From the NCBI GenBank assembly GCA_040954595.2, contig CM082594.2, positions 9,240,196 through 9,304,195 of the forward strand: a DNA stretch of 64,000 bases. Direction: 5' to 3'. Source of the DNA: Balanoglossus misakiensis. Its lineage: Eukaryota > Animalia > Hemichordata. The position numbers and the translations under genes were made by a program. The notes beneath the pieces were generated by a model. That model had not been told where the DNA came from, made no database searches, and worked only from the letters and a program-made list of their open reading frames with translations. Every line of letters starts with the position of its first letter. The stretch's first letter is position 1. Shown one piece after another: positions 34,201 to 46,600 of this stretch.

Positions 34201-36576
34201 TTGTAAAAGTTCACATATTTAATATTACATAGCTGTAAATTGATATGCTGGTCGTGTTAGTAAAATCAGTTATATCAATTTCTACTTTACCACACAAAAG
34301 ATACTGGCATGTGTATGATAAATAATTTGATGCTTTTCAGCTCTGTTTTTCTGCTCAGTATCATTGCCTTGTCGTTGACATAGATTCAGTTTTTTTCAAA
34401 ATATTTTTATTTGTGATTTTCACCGCAAAAACAATCAATGTGTTGTTTCAATTCTTTGGCAGTGATTTACAGGGAATCCGCACACATGCAAGGAAAGATG
34501 GCGATGACTGGATTCTGAATGGAAGCAAGGTCCGTCACCCTAGCAACCGTTGTCATGTGTTACATAGCAACAGCAACATCCATTGATATCACATAGTGTT
34601 CATTATCCCATATTGTTGCTTATAAACAGTACACTGTTTTTCCAAACCTAAGGCAGTTGATCCATGAGCATACACTACTGTGTGGACCTTTTTTCACAAA
34701 AGTTATTTGACCAAAATTACATTTTAGTTTTGTTGATACACGCAGACATTCTGTTCGTGACAAGCCCTATTTGCAGTATTTTTTTGTTTTTCATACATGT
34801 AACTTTTCAATCTGGCATATGCATATATGTGGCAAGTCTAGACTTGAATTCACCACTCATATACAGACATGGGTACTGAGCATTTTTGCACATTTTATAT
34901 TGAAAAAAATAATGAAACTACATGTGTATAGTTGATCTAAACTTGGTTTGGTAATGGGGTAAATTTACATTCAGTTTTTTGTAACATTGCTGCTATTTTG
35001 ATGATGTAATTTTTGGCACACCATATTCATAATACACTAATCGAAATTCCAATTTTTAAGAAAATGTGAATGTTGCAGGGAGAATGGACCAAAATGTCAT
35101 GTTTGATGCAAACTATTTTCTAGTACCCACACAAAGATAGGCAGTGCATGCACACATCACCAATTTCCCGAAAACCATCCATGACTGAACCCTGCATTTA
35201 CTTCCACAGGTTTTCATCACCAATGGTTACATGGCGGATGTTGTCGTTGTTGTAGCAGTCACAAAAGCAGATGCCAAATCTCCGGCTCATGGAATCAGTC
35301 TCTTTATCGTGGATGACGGCATGGAAGGATTTATCAAAGGAAAGAAGTTGAAAAAAATGGGATTTAAAGCTCAGGTCTGTTTTCGTCGTATTTTAAAATT
35401 CACTGATGTGCAACATGAATTAAAATTCAGAAGTATGGATTGGTATATAGTAAACATACTGCTACCATTTCAAAAATAAAAAAAATCACACTTCATCTTC
35501 TTGCAATTGTGCACACTGAGTTGAAATGTTGACACTCTCCACACGTTTTTTTTTTTTTGTGTGTGTGTGTGTGTGCTTTGCTAAAATTTAAATGTCAATA
35601 TCTATCATCTCACAGGATACGGCTGAACTCTTCTTTGAAGATGTCCGGCTTCCTGCCAGTGCTGTGCTTGGTAAAGAAAACCGTGGTTTCTACTGCCTGA
35701 TGAACGAACTTCCACGAGAGAGACTTCTCATTGCAATTCTAGCCCAGGCCGCCTGTGAGTTTATGTTCGAAGAAACGAGGAGTTACATCAGAGGACGCAA
35801 AGCCTTCGGAAGGACTTTGGCACATTTGCAGGTATGCCTGGTTTCTTTACAAGGAAGTAAATTATTCCTGGTGCCAGTAACGATCAACAAAAGAGAGCAG
35901 ATTTTCTGAACATATTCTCTCTTGGTTAGCCTCTGCTGGTGTCTGTAATTATATCAGCTTGCATGTTCTAGAAATTGTGTATTTACAATTGTGAGGAGTG
36001 TCTCATTGTATTCCTTTAATTCTATTCAACAGACTGTTCAGCACAAGATGGCTGAGATGAAATCAGAGATCTGTATTGGAAGAACTTTTATTGACAACTG
36101 TATCCAGTTACAGGATGAAGGCAAATTAGACTCCTCTACAGCATCAATGGCCAAGTACTGGTGAGTTTTCAGTCTTTTGGGCAAAATATGTAGATTTTTG
36201 GCACCATTTTCTTTTGAATTCAATAGAAATATAAGATTCTGTAGAACTTTTTTTCAGGAATGTCACAGTCCTCCTCTACGATGGCTAGATTGAAATCAAT
36301 AGAAATATATGATTCTGTACTACCGACTTGATTTCAACTACAGAGATGACAATGTTTGATAACAACATGCCAATTTATTTCCCCTCAATGTACAGGTGCA
36401 CAGACTTGCAGAATAAGGTGGCCTACGAATGCGTCCAGCTGCATGGTGGTTGGGGTTACATGTGGGAATACCCGATCTGCAAGGCCTATGTAGATGCCAG
36501 ACTTCAGCCCATCTATGGAGGTAGCAATGAAATCATGAAGGAACTGATTGCAAGAGATATTATTACAGATAAGTAA
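31233..36576 (+). CDS. ACADL: Long-chain specific acyl-CoA dehydrogenase, mitochondrial (9 coding exons)
   Basis: Exons ~31233-31363 (Arg-rich transit peptide MMAATVLATCSRLARCR...), 32288-32455 (LTDIGTRRIMSEEHDMFR), 32930-33067, 33386-33550 (AMTEPGAG), 34463-34529, 35210-35374, 35616-35831 (ELPRERL, LCAD-type catalytic Glu), 36033-36160 and 36396-36576 (QLHGGWGYMWEYP, IYGGSNEIMKELIAR). Confidence 0.95.
32652..32836. mobile_element. MITE (185 bp) with TTAA target duplication and AGG termini, Kolobok/T2-like
   Basis: TTAA|aggtatacggtcacc ... ggtgactgtatacct|TTAA (15-bp TIR, 1 mismatch), in ACADL intron 2. Confidence 0.82.
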
Positions 36577-39500
36577 ATCAGAGGACTTTATTTCCGCATT
36601 GGAGAGTGTACAGTGTCTATAGAGAACATTTTTATCGAGATAACAGAGCTGATCATTCTGATTTTCATATTGCCTGGAATTCCTAACTCAGTACTATTGA
36701 CAATTCATACCATGTCTTACCACTTACAAAAATGTGAGCTTCTGGTTATTTAAATGCATTTGCTTGATTTTACTGACAGAAACACTCTTTTTATGCCAAG
36801 ATGACGTGTTTTCTCAAAGCTCTTTAAGGCTGAACTAAACTGTTGACAAGCATACCTCAAAACAAAATTTATTCGGATACAGAAGGCATATTAAAATGGA
36901 TGTAAATTATCGAATATTGTTTGTACGACATGTATTGTCACAATGTTTTGTTCAGAATGTTTACCATATTGCATTTTCATGTTGAATACATTTTAGTGAT
37001 TATATAAAATCCAAGATGTTTCCTGTGTTCCTTTCCCACACCAGACTCTTTATGATTTCTCTTAATAATCTTTACGGCCCTGACCGCAGGGAGGACGCGA
37101 ATCGCGAGGTGGGTACATGATTCAACTGTAGCTTTTGAATGGAAACAATGACACATTTTTACCCATTGTGTGGAAACAATTCTTTTGCTTGTCACGCTTG
37201 GCATTTTCATGAGTAGACTGTACGCAGGTCATTACAATGAAAATATGTTGAAACCTGGCTGCGAAATGTTTGAATCACTGTCAACCTGTCGCAGTACGCA
37301 CCAGATGTCAATCGACCTCATACCTTGGCTACAAATGTACATGTGGATAATCTGTGGTACTACACATTAACATGTTGGTTGCGGAGAGACAGTTGAATGT
37401 TCACACAAGGTCTGACACATTTTGAGCAAACCTGATTTATGTCGGTTAAATTGTGAACAGAAAAGTTAAATGAATGTGAGCATAGCAATGTGCCTTTTGG
37501 TGCTGTGATATGACGAAATGCCATACTTGCATCTATAGGTGTGCTGGTTGCCTGTCCCCGCTACTGTAGACAAAGTTCAGTCACAGACTTTTAGAGTGAT
37601 GAAAGAAAAAATGATTAATGATAGAAATGCAAATAAACTCATAATCTTATCAAAACCTGAAGAAAAACTGAAATTATTATGCCGTTGTTGACCTTTAACC
37701 TCACTCTAACCATAACCTCACCTTTCATAGGTGCATGGCCCTTTATTTTCACAGATTTGAAATTCATTTCAAGAATTTGTATCTACAGAAGAAATGAAAA
37801 TCTGCTCAGCTTGATGTTGACTTTTTTTTTCTGAAATAGACTGGGAGGGCCAACTGTATACCGAGCAAAAGGCATACCTCAGAAGTCGAGAACATCATAA
37901 TCAATCAGTGGTGTGCCTGTACGAACAGGTCAAAGGTCAAAGTTCCAGGATGTATTTCCATGACAGCATACATAACATTCTATCACACATTCTTCAAAAG
38001 TGAAACTTCAGTCATTTGGGTTTGTTCAATGACCAAGTGCGCTGCCATAAACCAACCGAGGCTTGCCATGATTTGTTGCCCCTAAAAGCCAAAATTATCT
38101 GGCGTACCTCAGTGTTTTACACATGTTGTTTCAAGTATGACAAATAGGAAATTTACTCCCTGAAAATTGACACTTCAAAGCCAGCCACTAGGTAAACAAT
38201 CTGAAGTAGATGGCATGTGTGACTCTTTTGTTGAAAATGAAAGGTCATTGGTGCTACATTGGTATAGACCACAATCAGTCCATTATAACAGGGTAGAGGT
38301 ATCCAAAAGTTTGATATCTAAAATATTTTCATAGAGAATTCAATAGTTACACTTAATGTTTGGTTGTATATCAACCAACTGTTTTGGATGATAGAAATGT
38401 ATTTCTCGAAACCAACTTCAGCCATTTCTTCTCTAAAATATTCCGGATATATATTTTTGGTACCATATATGGTGAATCATTCTTTGAATAAAAGAGCATA
38501 TCTTTCACACAAACATTGTTATCAAAAGATTTATTGACTTTTTCCTGGTCTTCTTGACCTTAGGAAAAGTACCTCACCTTTGACCTTTGACACAGAGATG
38601 GGAGTGGTTGCAACATCCTGAAGTTGTATTTGACTTGTCATGTCACCCACCATTATTTTATTATGCCAATCTTCTGATATTTTGCATAAAGAGAGATTAA
38701 CTTCCTCTTTCATTCCAGACATAATTTGAGTAATGGGAACTTTGTTATGCAAGACTAGCAGATGACCAGAAACATGAGTAGTGATTGGTCGAGTGGGAAA
38801 TACTGGTAAACGGATGCTGTAGTGTAGTCAACTGATGTCTATGGTACTTTGAATAATTGTACATGGCACATGGACGCCTTTTACTCTTTTCCTGGAAAAG
38901 ATTATGCAATTTCAATGACAAGTCACACACAGTGATCACCCTATACTTTCTAACTGCTAGTGGTTCATGTTAAAGAAACTTTAGAAAGGAATATTTTAGT
39001 GTGTCATGTGTATAATCCTGCTCCGTTACATGTTAAACATATTAGGCAGTTTACCTATAAACTAATCTCATGCCTCCAATGATTTTAATAAATGCCCTCT
39101 GACCTCAAGACATTGTGTAAACATGTAATCAAGAACAGTCTGCTTCAAGTCCTTGACAGATATAACATGGAAGTGGGCAACCTTTAAGAAAAAGTTTGTG
39201 AAAATATTTTTTATAACTTTTCGTAGTGTCTTTCATGATTTGGCAGGTGTGTATTTTTAGTGATTAAGGGTTTGATGTAACAATGTTGATGTGAACATCC
39301 TGAAGTGACTCATTATATCAAGTTGCTAAAAAAAATATTTTTGCCGAAAATCCGACAGCTGGGTTCAAGATCGTTCTCGTAAATGTCAAACAACAATACG
39401 CAGAGGGTTTGAAATACAATTACATGTATTGTAATGTACATTTTTAATTGGTCGCATTATGGAGCACATTGCATCTTCCCCGTGCAGCGGTTAGCAGGTT

Positions 39501-39894
39501 TGTGAATAAGTACAAACCACGCTACATAACAGACAACGCCTTTCTCGTGCTGCTGAGCGAGTCTCTTCCGTATTTATATCGATTCTAGCAATTGACAGCG
39601 CGCCCTAGTTGTCTATTAAACCATATTCAAAGAGAAGGCGGCTAACACAAACGAATCAATGTCGCAATGACTGCAAATAGATGCATTCTGAAACTTGCCG
39701 GGCCCTTTGTTTGAGGTTTCCACCCCATATTGCGAAAGAGTTTTTAGAGGGATTGCAGAAATTATTATGACTAATGATATTGTGTTTGGAGCAGAAATGC
39801 TTGCTTTTGTGTTTTTCTATCTTCTGGTAGACTTTGACAAATGTCGTGAAATTAGCTTATCTGTATGACGATAAATGTCTTTATTATGAATGGG

Positions 39895-40200
39895 GAGTAA
39901 GGGACAAGGCGGGAAGTGCGGGGTGTGACTCTGACCAATCATGCATTAGGCGGTAGAGGGGGGATCGTGTAATTGACGCATGCCCGAGGTAAATGAAATC
40001 GCCCACATTTTTGTTTTGTGGTGGTCTTGTAGTTTTTTGTGAAAAGGGATAAGCGCGCCATTACACAACTTTGCTTCAGTGACATTTTACGAAAACTGGT
40101 AACCGCGAAAGTTTTTACTGACACCATTCTGCTACAGAGAAGGATATCTATCATCACCCTGCGAAGTTTCAATGCTGAAAGACGATTTTTAAGTGGTAAA
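39895..40200 (+). promoter_or_regulatory. Probable KANSL1 promoter and non-coding first exon
   Basis: GC/CpG-rich patch with an ETS-like gcgggaagtg, ccaat and tgacgca. Donor-like sites near 39989 and 40196; acceptor ctccag at 40574 precedes the first coding exon; gtcacgtgg E-boxes near 40276 and 40470. Confidence 0.45.
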
Positions 40201-40677
40201 ACGTCGATTCGAAAAGTGGCATATTGGGTGAGAACAACGCAGAAGACGAGACTGTTTGTGCAAGACGTGGCCCGGTCACGTGGTACTTATCCCTATTATT
40301 TTTCTTTTACCTCAGATCTTGGAATTTCCTGAGAGAAGTGAGCGTTGCAATCAATGCCGATCGTCGAGTAACAACCTTGTTAATTTTGCTCATAGAAAAT
40401 TTAGCCTAGCGTTGGGTGTAAACATTTAAAAATTAGAGGCCGAAAATTGGAGCAGGAAATCGAGCTCGAGTCACGTGGTGTTGCCGCATTCGTGAATTTC
40501 TCTATTATGTTACGAGTATCATAAGAGAAACGTGTTAAAGTCGTCATTCTCACCCATTGTTTCGGTGTCTCCAGGACTGATCATATTATCCAAGTCGTAC
40601 TGTGATTTCTGATCTTTAATCAGATCCATGATTCTCACAATTTTATGTTCTCTCCGTTGTCGTTGAGGCTATGGTGC

Positions 40678-43600
40678 ATGGCTGCGATGGCGCCCGCGCT
40701 CACTGAAGCAGCGGCCCAGCCTCGCAGTTTTAAACTCCCGCCGACTACGCCGTCTACGGAACACGAGGGAGCCCAAGCTACGAGTCGTGACAGTCCCGAT
40801 TCTGGTCACACCAATGATAGTCTGACGTCCGCTTTCAATCAACAAAACCTGGTAGGCTGTCGTGATCTAATTCAGGTTCGTAATCAGAACGGCAACAGTA
40901 ACTATCTTTCGACAACACGTGCAACTTCAAGGACATTGTGTGCCAACTTCGATCATCAGAAACTGAGGAAAAATCTGATGGGAGAAGCGTTCAAGTCGAC
41001 CATTCAGTTTATGAATGGCGATTCCACAGTTCACCACACAAATACCATGAATAACAATTCTTCCAAAACTCAACTAGGAACTCAGAGTCCACTAAAGTGT
41101 AACGCTATCTCACCCACTCAAACTACTACAACGATGTCACCACAGACACCAACAATAGGCACAGTGACAACATCAGGATCACTTGCAAGCCCTAGCCCCA
41201 CTGGAATGGACACCGAAGCAGAAAATCGCAGTGGGGACGAATTTCCCTCATCACCAGTTGATCGAAGTTTGACTGCTGATAGTGAAATCGTGGCTGAATT
41301 ATCCACAGAGTTGGAAAGTAAACAAGAGGTCAATACGAACCACCACAACAACCAATCTGAAGAACTTGATGAAGTTATGATCTCAGGTAAACTAAAAGAG
41401 TCGTCCCAGAAACGGGGAGAACTGAGCAGACGAGCAATGCAGTTGTTACGACGACTGAGGCGACTGCAGTATAAGCAGGTGGATAGCCATTCCCATCAGC
41501 AAATGGGAGGCCTTGTTGAACGTCAAAGCCAACAGATCGCTGCAGCCAATGCGCTGCTTGAAGCAACTGGCAATAATGCGGATGATGTAGACCCAGCCAC
41601 GACGACGGTACCAAAATACGACGGGATAACAACAAACGCACCGACCCTACTTGGTCTTGTTCAGCAACTTGAAAAAGAAAACACTGCCGTACACAATTCC
41701 AGCCTGTCGCGGAAAATGCCAAACAGAACTAATGGTAACCAGTCGACCAGTCCCAGCAAGAGATTTCGCAGAGATGTGAGGGACACATCGAATCTGGTGA
41801 AAGCTGGAGTGAAACATTTGCAAAGCTGTATAGACTCTGATGCAACAGAAAGCAGTTCTGGAGAAAGCTGTGATGAAGAAGAGCCGACAGTCACTGACCG
41901 AAGCCAGGCTCGTGTACCAGTGTAAGTATGCATTTATTATCTGAATATTTGGGAGAAACGGCCTGAGTAGGAGACTAAATGATATCCTAATCGGGTGGTA
42001 CTCTCCCATACAGAGATTTTTAATCAAATTAAGCCAAAAATTATGAAAGTCAGCATTGTGTGAGATACAGCGTCTATTTCACGTCTTAAACACACACAAA
42101 TGTATCTTTCAGTAATTATTTGCATTTTTCAGGGTGTATTCCATAAAGCAATATTATAAGAAGGTAATATTTTCTGAAATGGTTTGCATGGGTTCATCAA
42201 GGGGTCAATCTTACATCCTGCTCTATAGTATAAACTAAAGGTTAGAATGTCTGACATGGTTGTTGTCGGTTGCAAGGGAAGGACTGTACAGGGAACTGGT
42301 CTTTTGTTTCACATGAATGATGTTTTGTAATTGACGTGCCAATTGATGATGTAACACTGTGCTGGGATTTCCTCAGAATATTCTCCATATGAAAGAACCC
42401 CGTCCTTAAAATTGCAGTGATAATTTCTGATGTGTACGCTGAGTTGAAAGTTGATTTATACAATGATTTGAAACAAAAACTAAGCTATTTTTATGTCGGG
42501 GGTTTATTACTATTGAATTCTTTCTGGTCTTTAAATGTTCAATGAAGGAGTTAGGTGTATCGATTGGAAGGTGAACTTAATCCTGGTAATGCTATACACC
42601 ATTTCACCATAAATATCTAATGAATGCAGAGTTCATACAATGTGTGTCAGTGGTTTTGTCTAACATAGCATCATGTTTGTCCAGAGTCAGACAATGTACT
42701 GATCTAAGGTGTTCTTTACTTTTATTAAAATCCAAGATTGTAACAAATTTTAAAGGAGAGGTCTAGAAATCCTGACGCAAGTAGAAGCACATGTCCATTG
42801 ATCTGTGTCACATGGGCGTAAACTGACCCCCAAGGAGCAGTCTGACATATTTACACTTTTGTGAGTGGCCACAACGTGTACACAAAGCCGTTTAGCATGT
42901 CAACTTTCACTTCCTTTGAATGTAAAATTGGGTGTCTCCCCAGAGTTCTCGCTAGTATCTATGGAGCTTGCAGTAGATCCAACATATCCACATAATCAAC
43001 ATCCAGGTCAAATAAATTATGTAGAGTTGTGTAATGCCACTGTTGTGTGACATTAAATTATTTGATTGTAAATCAGCTGAATGTATTCTAGTCTCATCAC
43101 CATGTCGTCTATGTAGGAATCAGTTCATCGGTTCAAATTAATTTCTATCTGCTCATTTCACCTTTTTATCCAATTAATACAGTTCTTAAATAGTTCCCCA
43201 ATAACAGCAAGCTTAAAAAAATAGAATCAATGGTAAAGATATCAATGATTGTCACATAATTTATGGGGGAAATATTAAAAAAAATTATGGACCCTTTTTC
43301 AGTTTTTCCCTCTTACATGTAAGTAAAAAATGTAAATTTTCATAGAAATATTTTCAATACAGCCTGTGAAATGTCATATGGCCAGATTATATCGAGCATA
43401 TGATCGGCGCAACAATGAAGGGTGTGTGAGATTTTTTGCATTCAAGTCACCTTTTCCCCGTCAGTAATTCTATCCTCAAAGCCGGGTTCTTTTGGCAGCT
43501 TTTCCACATCCCTGTATGTGTCACTGTTTGCATTATGCGTTAATATTACTTTGCATGTGGGAAGTATTTAATCATTACCCCGAAATGATAATTAATGAAC

Positions 43601-46600
43601 TGTTGATTTTGAAATATGGCTTATCCTGAAAGTTGTGCAAGAGTGGATTGCATGTCTTTTTAAACATCTGGCTGTGGCTAGCCCCAAATTTCAGTCTCTC
43701 GACATAATCAACCATTAAAAAAACCAACATACTGGGACTGCATGGTTTTATAAAAATGTCACAATGTGTGACGAGCTAAATGATTCATCTGAATAATTTA
43801 ATAATAGTTTTGAAAAATAATATGGAAATTTTAACAGAAGTGAGATTCTGTTTCAGGTGTGTTCAGTGGAAAGATCGAAACAATTTAACAGAACTGTTTC
43901 CCCAAACCGTTTTGTGCTGTATAATTTATGTTTTAATAGAACACAGATGAATATCAAATATTTACATTGTGTCAGAATTTTCTTTGACAGACACGCATAT
44001 GTATATTTCTGCAAGCAGGATTAATAAGTGGCGGTCTCCCACATTCTTAACACAACCAAGAGTCAGTTGTCTATGGCAGATCTATGGTATTTTAATGTGA
44101 ACCCCACCACGAATAATGTGGTATCAGAGGAGAAATAATTTATGATCTTTATAGGAAGGTCTATTAATAGAATCTGACATCAGAGTCATGTGATGGGAAC
44201 CCTATTGTGTGACGTCAGCAAGCTGACTGAAATTGGAAGCAAATCAGTATGCTTTGTGCGAACTGCCATTAAAAGAAAGGGTACTCCCTAAACTATGTAT
44301 GAAGGTGTGGGTTGACGAGAGTAGCTGCTTAATTCGTGATGAAATGTTGCATAAATCTGAAAGGATACATGGAAAGCTCTGGTGAATCTCAATCTGTCCT
44401 ATTTAATAATAATTGAATTGCAATTTCCCTTTTAATCTTGTGTGCTTGCAATTTGTTTGATCGATAATTAAACGAACAAAAATCAAGCAAATTTTGTTGT
44501 AAGATACAGTAAACGTTTGGTAATTATTTATGCGTAAAAATTCTAAATGCTTTAGTCCTTATAACCTATGGTCATGTGATAACCGTAAACCATTTATTGA
44601 CGCAGCATAATTTACCGGCTTGAAGTGCTGGGATATTCACTTGAACATGTTGAATGTGAGAATTTATACAGCACCTGGACTCGCATTCTTTGTCCTTGTT
44701 AAGATTACAAATCTACATGTAGTTTATAACCATTAAGAACTCCAAGCTATTTTGCATTGGCCCCACTCAAAAAATGATTTCCTTTGTGTGTGTACGCGCA
44801 GAATTTATTGGTGAATTTGAACTGGACCGTGGAGTTATGGAATGTGTGCTGTGATGTAGTCGGCTTCATTCAGTGGTATTGAGTATTGACACCCTGCGCT
44901 CCATCAAAATTTGCCTATCTTGACCTTTCAGTGTCTGGGGTTTGTAAGCATCTTTGTTATGTTAATACGCCCCACCTATCAAATCCTTTGAGGGTGAATG
45001 GCCATTGCCCCACTTTCTATGCAACAATAAGATCTGCATGTAAAATAAATCGAAGGAAAAAAAATGCTAACCAGGGAGAATAGGCTTGACTAATGTATAC
45101 ATGTACTTCAATTAACATTAATTAATTTGCATCTGACCCAGTTATTTCACTTATTTGTCATTAAAATTAATTAGGAGGGATAACAACGATTTTCCTTATG
45201 AAAATACTATTAAACAATACAAAACCAGATGAATGACGAATGTTTCATAACAGGAAAAAATATAATTTACCAGCGGACATAAACACTGTAAAAGCACTCT
45301 CTGTAATGTGGTGTGATTTGATCATGGCCAGTTACTTCCATGGAATTGCATTTGGTGAGAGGAATTGTAGAATTTCAATATTAAATTATAAATTAATTGA
45401 AGGGCTGTGGGCACTGTTTGAGGAATTTCAGAAGCTGCTCTCAGCAGCCTCGTGCAAAGAATGAAATTTTAAAAATAGAGCAAGATGTGAAAAGGATGTT
45501 TATTTCATGTGTGGCCAGTTATTGAATTTTACTGATATCCATGACAACCCGATATCACTGGGGAAGTTTTAAGAGTGATTTTGTATGTGGTAAGATGGTG
45601 CTTTGAAATGTAGTCGATTTCTGTCCTTGTTTGCAGTCTTCCAGGTACTAGCAAAAACATACACGACCTTGTTATGGTCATTAACCTGATCCAGCTAAGA
45701 GGATTCGCTGAATACCGTTGTCTGCTTGAGGAAGGAAAAAATGCAAGAATAATGAGTATGGGATTTGCTGAAGGCCCAGTCTTCGTTTTTGCGAATTCAT
45801 TTCCTTTCAAATGCATAATTCATGTTGTATGCACCACCATTGCAACTACAGACAGACCTTGAACATGCGTCATGTGTCGCTGTCACAGTCTGAAACACAA
45901 ATATAGAATAGTCGCATGTTTAAATTGAAATGACCTTTCTAAAAGGGGTTCTTTTAAAATACAGTTTTACACTCATTTTTGGCCATCAAAACAGTTCATC
46001 CTCCGAGAACTGCCCCCATTAACATAAAAATGTTAATTATGTGAAAGGGAAAGTGAAGATTATGCAGGGGTCTTCCCGGAATTTTTGTGTTGTTGTGGAT
46101 AATTAGCATAATTTATTCATAATTTGAAAAATGTCAGGATGTCGGACATGTAACTTAAAATAGGTCATGAAATGTCTTTGTGAAGATCTAAATTAATGTA
46201 CAGCATTACAGGTTTACATTTAATTTAGAGAGATTTCAGTTGGCAAATATGTATTATGTGCTTTATATATCTGTCAAGATTCAATCATGCATATTCAAGC
46301 ATCTCTAAAAAGGGTCGTTTTAAATAATTTTTACTCTGTTTAAATGTAGAAAATAATTAAAGAGAGAAAATTGTCTTGCAAGTCTACACATGCATGTGTT
46401 ATCTGGTTGTAATGAGTCAGGGTTGGGTCACGATGGGTTTATTTCAATGGTTAATCTGGCTGGCAATGAGTCAGCGCACACACATGATATCCTGCCAGCA
46501 CATTTCGACGTTTTTATGACGTGATCAAGTTAAAATAATGTGGCACAATTGGTAACTGCAATTGCCACTTACTGTAATGCTTCCAAACTTATACTTTCGA

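Noticed and set aside
36221-36320. 23-bp direct repeat caatagaaatat.agattctgta-like in an ACADL intron
   Set aside because: Small local duplication with no TE hallmarks or evident function.
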